From a virus, in IMG/VR virus record IMGVR_UViG_3300009503_000073: a DNA stretch of 33,164 nt. One strand, 5' to 3'. The stretch's first letter is position 1; each line of letters starts with the position of its first letter. The position numbers were made by a program, and so were the translations under genes. A model generated the notes under the pieces. That model was not told the DNA's origin and made no database searches. It saw only the letters and a program-made list of their open reading frames with translations. Below, piece by piece: positions 1-7,375 of the stretch.

Positions 1-570
1 GAATTCTTAGAAGACGCCACATGGAACGTGCTTAGCAACGCCATAGCGAAGGCTGGCAAGGCGGTTGGGCAGAAAGAAACCGAGAAGATCATTGCCTTGT
101 ACGCTGGAATAGCCGACGGTGACCTGGCAACTGGCGCTGTACTTGCTGGAGGCGGCACGGTGATGAGCTGGACTAAACTGCTTTCGCTGTGGTATGCCAT
201 CAAAAGCGAGAAGTGGATGGCTAACGTGTTAGCGATTAACGACATGCAGATGGCTCAGCTCCTCAATGATGCGACCTTCACTAACGCGCAGTACCTGCAA
301 TCAGGCCAGACCGATGTTGAAGCTGGTGTTGTTTCAGGTGCTTTGGGCATGAAGATAGTTTCAAGCCCACTGGTGCCGAATGGGACAGCTTACGCTATTG
401 ATACGAGTGTGGCTTCGGTGATGCTGCTGCGAAGAGATGTGACTGTGCAGGATTGGGAAGACGTCAAGTCAGGCAAGTTCGGCGTCCGCGCAACCACACG
501 GTTTGGCCTTGGTATCCTACGCGCCAACGCAGTTGCCAAGATGACCAACATCAAGACCACGCTAACTTAA
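1..570 (+). CDS. Major capsid protein (HK97-like fold), 5'-truncated by the window edge
   Basis: Frame +1 is open from base 1 (EFLEDATWNVLSNAIAKAGKAVG...). C-terminal pattern GMKIVSSPLVPNGTAYAID...GVRATTRFGLGILRANAV resembles HK97-type MCP C-termini. Lies directly upstream of portal and neck genes. Confidence 0.85.
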   Translation, partial: EFLEDATWNVLSNAIAKAGKAVGQKETEKIIALYAGIADGDLATGAVLAGGGTVMSWTKLLSLWYAIKSEKWMANVLAINDMQMAQLLNDATFTNAQYLQSGQTDVEAGVVSGALGMKIVSSPLVPNGTAYAIDTSVASVMLLRRDVTVQDWEDVKSGKFGVRATTRFGLGILRANAVAKMTNIKTTLT

Positions 571-599
571 GCGCTGTAACACTGCGAGTATCTGTTCAT

Positions 600-612
600 T
601 TCCCCGTTTTTT
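600..612 (+). terminator. Putative T-rich terminator after the MCP gene
   Basis: TTCCCCGTTTTTT 30 nt after the MCP stop; the same 12-mer follows the last tail gene (10407-10418). Confidence 0.45.
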
Positions 613-633
613 GTTGTTTGAATCGTTTCGAGG

Positions 634-891
634 TTGAGCAGGTTGAGGAAGAGTCTGCAGGAAAAATACTTGGACCGCATGCATCTGGTTTTGCGTGAGC
701 TTAGCCGAAGGCCTCTTTCGCGCATTGAACTGCAGACACGTTTCATGCAGAAATTTGACTCGCCCTCAGCTTTTGAGGGCACGTTTCTGTTTCTCGTTAG
801 AAGTGGCAGAGTCCAGAAGAGCGGAACCGAGTACCGGTCGCCCTACAAAATCACGGAGCGAGGACAAAAACTTCTGGAGGCTCTGTCATGA
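634..891 (+). CDS. Small winged-helix DNA-binding protein
   Basis: 85 aa, TTG start; wing motif SPYKITERGQKLLEAL; ATGA overlap with the portal start. Confidence 0.7.
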   Translation: MSRLRKSLQEKYLDRMHLVLRELSRRPLSRIELQTRFMQKFDSPSAFEGTFLFLVRSGRVQKSGTEYRSPYKITERGQKLLEALS

Positions 892-2117
892 GTTCTGTCA
901 TTAAAAAGATTCGTGAAATTCTAACATATGCTCCAGTAGCTGGTCGCGCCTCACCTAACAGTCCAGTCTTCTTTGAGACCGCAGACATCCCCTTAGGAGA
1001 CGTCATGCAATTGTACGAGCGTGACCCAACCTGCAAATCTAGCGTAGACTTGCTGGCTGCAAGCACCGTGGGCATGGGCTTCTACACCACATGCGAGCAA
1101 GGACACGAGAAAGCCAAAGCTGCAGTCGACAGCTTCTGCGAAGAAGTAAACATTGACTGTCTCCTCAATGACATGGCTAAATCCTTGATTGCGTGCGGAA
1201 ACGATTTCTGGCTCAAGCTGATGCCTGAGCGGCTCTCTGATGTTCTGCGCATGCCCATAGACGTAGTTGAGCGAGTTCAATTGACCTCTGTTAAAGGGGT
1301 AAGGCTTCCCTACAAAGTCGAAGGATATAAGCTCCGTTCCAAATATCAAGCGAATACTACGAGCATCCTAAGCCCTGAGGCGGTGATTCATTGGCGCTTG
1401 AACTCATCTAACACAAGCAGCTTAGGTTTAGGACTGCTTCAGGTGCTAGTTCACACGTTGACGGTCGGGACTGATAAGCGTCCAGCTTACAGTTGGATGA
1501 AAGCCAAAATCGAACGCATCATGCCCAAGATTTTCGAGAAGTACGCAGGACCAGACGTGCTTGCGTACGTTGACAAGGCTGATGCTGCAACCATAAAACA
1601 GTTCGAATCAGCCATAAAGAATCGCCCTGAAGAGGGCGCTTGGCTATTCTACAATAAACCCTGTGAAGTCAAACCAGTCACAATTGACCCGAGGGCGCAA
1701 GGTTTTGTCTATTATATCGACCATATTGTGAACCAGTTCTATCTTGGGTGCGAAACGCCTTTGCCACGTCTGTTTAGCACTCCAGGCTTCACTGAGGCAA
1801 GCGCGAGAGCTGCTTTAGATTTGCAGGACATGCTCATTAGACCAGTTCAACGCTACATAAAGCGGCAAGTCGAGAGAGAAATCTTCAACCCCATCCTCAG
1901 GCAAAGCGGTTTTGACCCTGCTAAAGCTAAGGTGCGTTTGAACTGGGGAAGCCCTGAAACGCCTGAAATTGTTCCAGCCGACTTGATTCATGCTGCGCAG
2001 CTTGGGCTTATTCGTCCTGAAGAGTTTCGCAAGAATGCAGTCAAATTCGGCTGGGAACTTTGGGATGCTCCCGAAACGGAAGCGGGTTCTAATCAGTCTC
2101 AGGAGGCTAACACCTGA
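888..2117 (+). CDS. Portal protein
   Basis: 409 aa; portal-like SPEAVIHWRLN...GLGLLQ segment and PVQRYIKRQVEREIFNPIL...VRLNW C-terminal pattern; head-module context. Confidence 0.8.
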   Translation: MSSVIKKIREILTYAPVAGRASPNSPVFFETADIPLGDVMQLYERDPTCKSSVDLLAASTVGMGFYTTCEQGHEKAKAAVDSFCEEVNIDCLLNDMAKSLIACGNDFWLKLMPERLSDVLRMPIDVVERVQLTSVKGVRLPYKVEGYKLRSKYQANTTSILSPEAVIHWRLNSSNTSSLGLGLLQVLVHTLTVGTDKRPAYSWMKAKIERIMPKIFEKYAGPDVLAYVDKADAATIKQFESAIKNRPEEGAWLFYNKPCEVKPVTIDPRAQGFVYYIDHIVNQFYLGCETPLPRLFSTPGFTEASARAALDLQDMLIRPVQRYIKRQVEREIFNPILRQSGFDPAKAKVRLNWGSPETPEIVPADLIHAAQLGLIRPEEFRKNAVKFGWELWDAPETEAGSNQSQEANT

Positions 2118-2145
2118 TTTTCTCAACCGCGATGGAGGTGAAAGC

Positions 2146-2352
2146 ATGGGATTAAGCAACAGAGCACAAGCAGTTCTAGTTGGGTTAAGCGCTGGACTAG
2201 GCGCTTTCGGCACAGCGGCTGCAACAATTCCTGATTTTGTCCCTATCGAGTTCAAGGTTCCACTCGCCGTTATATCTTGGCTTGCAGGCATCGTTGGTTT
2301 CAGCATCAAAGAAGCACTAGGCGGCCAAGCTCCTTCTCAGAAAAATACATAG
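2146..2352 (+). CDS. Small two-TM membrane protein (holin-like topology)
   Basis: ATG at 2146 preceded by GGAGGTGA; 68 aa with two hydrophobic stretches (VLVGLSAGLGAFGTAAATI, VPLAVISWLAGIVGFSI). The ORF-track start at 1990 overlaps the portal and is unlikely. Confidence 0.65.
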   Translation: MGLSNRAQAVLVGLSAGLGAFGTAAATIPDFVPIEFKVPLAVISWLAGIVGFSIKEALGGQAPSQKNT

Positions 2353-2508
2353 AATAGTCTGGTAGCGGCATTGCCTCATTTTTTCAGTTGAATTGCAAGT
2401 TTTGACTTAAAGGAATAACACTTTTTTTGACATCTCTGTTTAGAAAATCTTTATTTCCCTGAATTGACTTCCCGGTCGGAACTTGTTTAATGTAGGTGAG
2501 GTGACAAG

Positions 2509-2640
2509 ATGCTGTCTCGTGATTGTGACGGTTGCGCCCTGCAGCTTTACGATTGTAAGCGCCGTTACGCCAAAGTCAAAGTCGGCGAGAAAGTGTATTG
2601 TCCCGACGGCACAGCACATCTAGTCGATACCGCTGACTAA
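2509..2640 (+). CDS. 43-aa Cys-rich, probably Zn-binding microprotein
   Basis: Read manually: MLSRDCDGCALQLYDCKRRYAKVKVGEKVYCPDGTAHLVDTAD; strong SD AGGTGAGGTGA upstream; CxxC...C...CPxG..H. Confidence 0.65.
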   Translation: MLSRDCDGCALQLYDCKRRYAKVKVGEKVYCPDGTAHLVDTAD

Positions 2641-2665
2641 TCGTTAAAACTGTTGTTTGCCAAGC

Positions 2666-2680
2666 AAAAACGTATATATC
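2666..2680 (+). promoter_or_regulatory. Putative archaeal BRE/TATA promoter
   Basis: AAAAACGTATATATC, an A-rich BRE-like run followed by TATATA, about 70-80 nt upstream of the Lys-rich micro-ORF. Confidence 0.4.
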
Positions 2681-2754
2681 GCTTGCAGAAAGCGGCTAAT
2701 GCTAGGCAAGGTTCATTCATTCGCGGCTGAAAGTCAGCAGGAGGGATGGAGCGG

Positions 2755-2811
2755 ATGCCTAAGAAGAAGAAAGAAGAGAAATCGAAAACTGAAGAAAAGA
2801 AAACTCAGTAA
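2755..2811 (+). CDS. 18-aa Lys/Glu-rich micro-ORF
   Basis: MPKKKKEEKSKTEEKKTQ, with an alternative in-frame ATG at 2746; preceded by GGAGGGA/GGAG purine tracts and followed by a poly-T tract. Confidence 0.4.
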   Translation: MPKKKKEEKSKTEEKKTQ

Positions 2812-2842
2812 TCCGTTTAGCTCATCTTAAACCCTGTAAAAT

Positions 2843-2866
2843 TTTAACTTTTCTTTTTCTTTTTTT
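2843..2866 (+). terminator. Oligo-T terminator
   Basis: TTTTAACTTTTCTTTTTCTTTTTTT downstream of the micro-ORF. Confidence 0.5.
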
Positions 2867-2960
2867 GTGGTTAACTTTTCATGCTGATTTTTCCGCGGGA
2901 TTGCTTATCAAACGCGCCTTTACATATCCGATTTAATAATGGTTTGGATGTTAGGCGCCC

Positions 2961-3266
2961 TTGGATTACTGCGCTGTTGCCAACGTGAAGGCTGTTCTGC
3001 AAATCAGCGAGGATAAGTGGGACAGCGAACTCTCCGAATGCATAACCAGCGCCAGCGCCCTTGTGGATGGTCTCTTGTCACGTGAAGGCTTAACCGTGCC
3101 TTCTGTTGTGCCGCAGGTTCTAGCTGATGCGACGAAGTATTTTGCTGCTTGGGATTTCAGACGCAGACGAGACCCTGTGGGCGCTGAAGCCTTCTGGACT
3201 GAAGCAAACCGCATATTAAGCGTCTACGTGGACGCTGAGAAAGAGCTGTACGTGGGGGTGGCTTAA
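2961..3266 (+). CDS. Head-tail connector/adaptor (gp6/gp15-like)
   Basis: 101 aa, N-terminal YCAVANVKAVL motif, helical; position before the gp10-like and tail genes. Confidence 0.7.
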   Translation: MDYCAVANVKAVLQISEDKWDSELSECITSASALVDGLLSREGLTVPSVVPQVLADATKYFAAWDFRRRRDPVGAEAFWTEANRILSVYVDAEKELYVGVA

Positions 3267-3268
3267 CC

Positions 3269-3700
3269 GTGCTTAGCTTCGAAGTCTCCACCAGCGGTCT
3301 TGAGTTTGATGACGTGGCTCAGAAGCTTAGCGGACCGATGCGTCAGAAGTTGGTTGAGAAGCTTGCGGACATTGCGTGGGCTTCGGCTTTCTGGAATGCT
3401 CCAACACAAACAGGCTACTTAGCCAGCACAGTAGTCAAGGAAGTCGGCGACGGTGAAGCGTCAATTAACGTTTTGGCTTCTTATGCCATGTACGTGGTGA
3501 AGGGCACAAGGCCTCACGTGATTAGACCCGTTAATGCTTCGGTTTTGGCTTTTGAGGCAGCAGACGGAAGATTAGTTTTCACTCATCTGGTTAATCATCC
3601 TGGTACGAAGCCTAACCCGTTCATTCAGAACGCGGTTGATGATGCACGTTGTAAAGCCGAGGAAACATTCGCCAGACTATGGCTGGAGATGCTTAGCTAA
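3269..3700 (+). CDS. HK97 gp10-like neck/tail-completion protein
   Basis: APTQTGYLAST...YAMYVVKGTRPHVIRP...VNHPGTKPNPFIQNA is the typical gp10-family pattern. Confidence 0.85.
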   Translation: MLSFEVSTSGLEFDDVAQKLSGPMRQKLVEKLADIAWASAFWNAPTQTGYLASTVVKEVGDGEASINVLASYAMYVVKGTRPHVIRPVNASVLAFEAADGRLVFTHLVNHPGTKPNPFIQNAVDDARCKAEETFARLWLEMLS

Positions 3701-4122
3701 TGGGCTTCTACACTGCATACAAGGACGTCTTCGACGCGGTCAAGACTGCCATCGAAACTAAAAGCTCCATCAAGGCTGTGTTGCTTGGCGAACAGTTCAC
3801 TTACGATTCGCTACCCAAAGCAGTCATAAACGCCATGCCCTCTGGAATTTCACAAGGCACACTCGGCGACATGTTGGAAGTCAAGGTCAACTTCAGCGTC
3901 ATTCTGGTCATTAACGAGAATGAGCCGAAGGACTGGTTCCAAGACATAATCTCAGTAATGGCAGATGTCGTCGACGCTGTTTTAGCTGACCGAACCTTGG
4001 GCGGAAAAGCAGCTGACTGCATTCCTGTGAGTTTTGCTCCGGGTGAAATCAAGTTTGAGAACAAACTGTTCTATGGCGGAGAAACCCGCTTCCAAGCCAT
4101 CATCTATCATCCAAGTAACTAA
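3700..4122 (+). CDS. Probable tail terminator
   Basis: 140 aa, TAATG coupling, position between the gp10-like gene and the tail tube; alpha/beta pattern. Confidence 0.6.
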   Translation: MGFYTAYKDVFDAVKTAIETKSSIKAVLLGEQFTYDSLPKAVINAMPSGISQGTLGDMLEVKVNFSVILVINENEPKDWFQDIISVMADVVDAVLADRTLGGKAADCIPVSFAPGEIKFENKLFYGGETRFQAIIYHPSN

Positions 4123-4136
4123 AGGAGGAAAAGAAA

Positions 4137-4529
4137 TTGAGTACACCAATAGTTGGAAGAAACGGTGTCGTCAAGAAAGCTGGAACGGCAATCGGATATG
4201 CGAAAGGCGTCTCCGTAAGCATAGGCGTCGAACTTGTGAAAGACTACGCTTTAAACAGCAACAAGCCCGCCATAGTTGAAGACGGCAACCAGAGCTACAA
4301 AGTTTCTGTGGAAAGCATGTACGTGGACAACACGTATGCGCAGGTGGTTTTGACTGGTGACCCCGTGGACATTGAGTTGGATCCCGCTGGCGCAGCTACA
4401 GGCAAGCCCAAGGTGACGGTGAAGAATGTGGTTTTCACCAACTGGAAATTGGATCAGAAGCAAACTGGTGTTGTTATGCAGTCGATGGAAGGCGAAGGCG
4501 ACGACCTGCAACTAGGAACCATAGCATAA
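4137..4529 (+). CDS. Major tail (tube) protein
   Basis: 130 aa, beta-rich, SD GGAGG with TTG start; precedes chaperone and tape measure genes. Confidence 0.7.
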   Translation: MSTPIVGRNGVVKKAGTAIGYAKGVSVSIGVELVKDYALNSNKPAIVEDGNQSYKVSVESMYVDNTYAQVVLTGDPVDIELDPAGAATGKPKVTVKNVVFTNWKLDQKQTGVVMQSMEGEGDDLQLGTIA

Positions 4530-4539
4530 CGTGAGGGCC

Positions 4540-4974
4540 ATGACTGAAACTGAAGAGCAGAAAGTTGCCGAGTACAAGCAGAAACTCGAAGAACACGAAA
4601 TAGAGGATGCTGAAGCGAAAGCTGAAATCGCCAAGAAATTCGATGCAAAAGCTCTGGCGGAATCCACTCGCAAAATCCAAGTGTTAGTTGACCCTGACCT
4701 TGGAGAAATCCGATACGGGCTGCTTTCTCAAAGCGAGTTTGCAGCTCTGCATCTTGAAGCTATCCAAAGTGACAACGAGAAAGCCGAACGTTTAATCCAT
4801 GCCATGCTTCAAAAAGCTGACCCAGCCCTGACTTGGGAAGACTATCAAGCCGTACCCTTCGACGTTAGAGGCGCATTGACGCTGGTGATGTCGCAGTTGT
4901 TTACCCGTTTTTTGCACGTCCAACAGCGGATTGGATCGACGCCACTCCACAAGCCCAAATCATCGGCATCATAG
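4540..4974 (+). CDS. Tail assembly chaperone (gpG-like, short form)
   Basis: Acidic 144-aa ORF (ATG 4540) between tail tube and tape measure; contains the slippery heptamer T TTT TTG at 4908-4914. Confidence 0.75.
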   Translation: MTETEEQKVAEYKQKLEEHEIEDAEAKAEIAKKFDAKALAESTRKIQVLVDPDLGEIRYGLLSQSEFAALHLEAIQSDNEKAERLIHAMLQKADPALTWEDYQAVPFDVRGALTLVMSQLFTRFLHVQQRIGSTPLHKPKSSAS

Positions 4975-5069
4975 CACACGAGTACGGTTACACCCTCGAC
5001 TACATCAGCTCCCTAACACCGTTCCAGCTATCGTTCCTAGTCAGTTGGCTGCGTTGGCGCCACAAATAG
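4908..5069 (+). CDS. -1 frame extension of the tail chaperone (gpGT-like C-terminus)
   Basis: The -1 frame is open to TAG 5067-5069 with no ATG: FFARPTADWIDATPQAQIIGIIAHEYGYTLDYISSLTPFQLSFLVSWLRWRHK, resembling gpT-type C-termini. Confidence 0.75.
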   Translation, partial: FFARPTADWIDATPQAQIIGIIAHEYGYTLDYISSLTPFQLSFLVSWLRWRHK

Positions 5070-5079
5070 GCGAAATCGT

Positions 5080-6567
5080 ATGAGCTCCAACATAAACGTG
5101 ACAATCAAAGCAACCGATGAGGCAAGCGAAGTTGTAGCGGAAGCTGGACGCAACATAACCGAAAGCATGCAAGACGTGGAATTAGCAGGAAAACAAGTAA
5201 CCGAGTCGCAGAGAAAGACAGATGCGAGCGCCAAGGACCTTGCATTGGGTTTCAGCGGATTAGCTACGTCTGCTTTTTCACTCTACTGTGCCTATGACCG
5301 AGTCCAGAACGCAGAGCTAAGCGTCGACAAAGCTACTTTGGGGTTGCAGCGAAGCCAACAGGCGCTTACTAAAACTCAGCAGGAAGCCGAGAAAGCTGGA
5401 CGGGACTTGGAGAAAGCGCAAGTTGACCTAGAACAGGCAATCGAACAGTACGGCGACGGTAGCAAGGAAGCGGAAGCAGCACAGCGAAAACTCGACGACG
5501 CCACACAGAAATACACAAACTCGTCTAATCAGCTGCAAATTGCTCAAGACGCATTGAGGGTCTCTGAAGAACGAGTTAAACAAGCAGAAGAAAACAAAAC
5601 TCAAGCCATGATTAGCGGTTCACTACAGGTTATACCTACTGTCATAACAATGGTTGGCGGTTTAAGCACGATAACTGGAAGCTGGACAGCTATCCAAGGA
5701 GCCGCAACCACTGCAACCGGAGCATTGAGTGGCGCTTTGAATTTTCTTGCGGCTAACCCGATTGTGGCTGTTGTCACGGCCATAGGCTTGATTGTTGCTG
5801 CTTTAATTGCTGCCTATAATGCTTGTCCACCTTTCCGTGATGCCATAAACGCCATTGGACAAGTCCTCGGAGGCGCCTTAAGCGCCGCGATTAACGCGGT
5901 CTATAACGGGTTGAAGTGGCTTTGGGACAACGTGCTGGTTCCGCTTGGGAAATTCGTGGCATCAGTATTCATCGGTTACTGGAACGGACTGGTTGCTGTT
6001 TGGAATGTGCTTTCGTCTGCCATAGGCGCAGTTTACAATGGGCTGAAATGGCTCTGGGACAATGTTCTGGTGCCTCTTGGCAACTTTGTTGCCGGCGCCT
6101 TGCTGGGTGCTTGGAATGCTTTTGCTGGTGGTTTGAAGTGGGCCTATGACACATTCATCAAGCCAGTTGTCGATGCGTTAACATGGGCTTATAATAACAT
6201 CCTCAAGCCCATTGGCGATTTCTTCAGCGGAGTCGGCAATGCTCTTGGCGGTTTAGGGAACGCTATCAGCGGAGGCTTAGGCAGCATAGGCAAGATGCTG
6301 GGTTTAGCTGAAGGGGGAATAGTCACCAGTCCGACCGTTGCCCTAATCGGCGAGACAGGACCTGAAGTCGTCGTCCCACTCGACAAACTGTCAAGCAGTT
6401 CCAGCGTTGGTTCTCAGACGCTGGTTTTGGCTCCTACATTCAACTTTCCAGAAGGTAGCGTAAGCCAGAGTCAGGAACCGAGAGAATTCGCTGAAGCTGT
6501 TTACGAGCATCTTAGCAGGATTGTGCGTTCCGACTTGAAGGCTCAGACGTTCTTTGTGCCGAGGTAA
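5080..6567 (+). CDS. Tape measure protein
   Basis: 495 aa; N-terminal INVTIKATDEAS, coiled-coil region, Ala/Gly-rich hydrophobic repeats with periodic W/F/Y, C-terminal LAEGGIVTSPTVALIGETGPEVVVPL motif. Confidence 0.92.
   Translation: MSSNINVTIKATDEASEVVAEAGRNITESMQDVELAGKQVTESQRKTDASAKDLALGFSGLATSAFSLYCAYDRVQNAELSVDKATLGLQRSQQALTKTQQEAEKAGRDLEKAQVDLEQAIEQYGDGSKEAEAAQRKLDDATQKYTNSSNQLQIAQDALRVSEERVKQAEENKTQAMISGSLQVIPTVITMVGGLSTITGSWTAIQGAATTATGALSGALNFLAANPIVAVVTAIGLIVAALIAAYNACPPFRDAINAIGQVLGGALSAAINAVYNGLKWLWDNVLVPLGKFVASVFIGYWNGLVAVWNVLSSAIGAVYNGLKWLWDNVLVPLGNFVAGALLGAWNAFAGGLKWAYDTFIKPVVDALTWAYNNILKPIGDFFSGVGNALGGLGNAISGGLGSIGKMLGLAEGGIVTSPTVALIGETGPEVVVPLDKLSSSSSVGSQTLVLAPTFNFPEGSVSQSQEPREFAEAVYEHLSRIVRSDLKAQTFFVPR
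5896..6081 (+). repeat. Internal duplication in the tape measure gene (2 x 54 nt, 132-nt period)
   Basis: AVYNGLKWLWDNVLVPLG is encoded at 5896-5949 and 6028-6081, with 12 of 18 codons differing synonymously. Confidence 0.85.
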
Positions 6568-6574
6568 CCCAAAA

Positions 6575-7375
6575 ATGACGGTGTCACTTGGAGGACTAAA
6601 CCTTGGCGTCGTGAATGGCTTCAGCTTCTCTGACCCGAAGAGGCTGGAAGACATTGATTTGCCAGCAGCCCGAGGAAGCAGCAGTCAAGACTTAGGCGAA
6701 CAAGCTTCAACCATAGAGCTGACTGGAATATTGCGTGAACCAAGCAGGTTCGATGACTTCAAGCAGCTTCAAAGAGCAAAGCGCTTGGGAAACAGTTTAA
6801 AACTGGACTCAGACGCCGTTTCCACCGTTGTCTTTGTTAAAGAGGTCAGACTTGCCAAAGTTGGCGTGAACATTCTCAGATACAGCCTTTCACTAAAGGA
6901 GAGTCTGTTTAAGCTGGTTAACTCATGTGACAGCCTCTTGGATTGGTCAACTCAAACGGTGGATGCAGTTGTTGGCGTCGTTTCAGGTTCACCGGTTCCG
7001 CTTGAAGGTGCAGCATGCATAAAAGTCAGTCACGACGCAGAGGCTGCCGAAGAAGTCAACCTAACCTATGACCCGATAGACGTTATAGACCTCGAGGATT
7101 TTGATTGGCTAAGCTTCGCATGGTTAATGAGCGATGTCTCGGGGATTAGCGGTGCCACCATAAAGGTTAGTGAAGGCACAAACAATGCTACATACGATTT
7201 CTCAGCACTGATAGCAGAAGCTGAAAAGTGGTTAAGGCTTCGAATCCATAAAACCTCTTTCATAAACCATGGCGCTCTCGATTGGGGACAGATTGACAAG
7301 ATAAAGTTCGCTGTAACTAAGGCTCAGGCTCAAAACTACTTTTTCGCTGTTGATGATGTGGGAGGTTTTGAGTGA
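6575..7375 (+). CDS. Distal tail (Dit-like) protein with a C-terminal beta-sandwich, possibly carbohydrate-binding, domain
   Basis: Follows the TMP; N-terminal DIDLPAARGSSSQDLGEQASTIELTG; C-terminal WLRLRIHKTSF...LDWGQIDKIKF is CBM-like. ATG 6575 chosen as start. Confidence 0.55.
   Translation: MTVSLGGLNLGVVNGFSFSDPKRLEDIDLPAARGSSSQDLGEQASTIELTGILREPSRFDDFKQLQRAKRLGNSLKLDSDAVSTVVFVKEVRLAKVGVNILRYSLSLKESLFKLVNSCDSLLDWSTQTVDAVVGVVSGSPVPLEGAACIKVSHDAEAAEEVNLTYDPIDVIDLEDFDWLSFAWLMSDVSGISGATIKVSEGTNNATYDFSALIAEAEKWLRLRIHKTSFINHGALDWGQIDKIKFAVTKAQAQNYFFAVDDVGGFE

Noticed and set aside
993-2309. Minus-strand ORFs 993-1349 and 1815-2309
   Set aside because: Overlap the portal and membrane-protein genes antisense, with no independent support.
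2700-2750. Known riboswitch in the micro-ORF leader
   Set aside because: Only a 5-bp hairpin is visible, and I could not match it to any riboswitch consensus.
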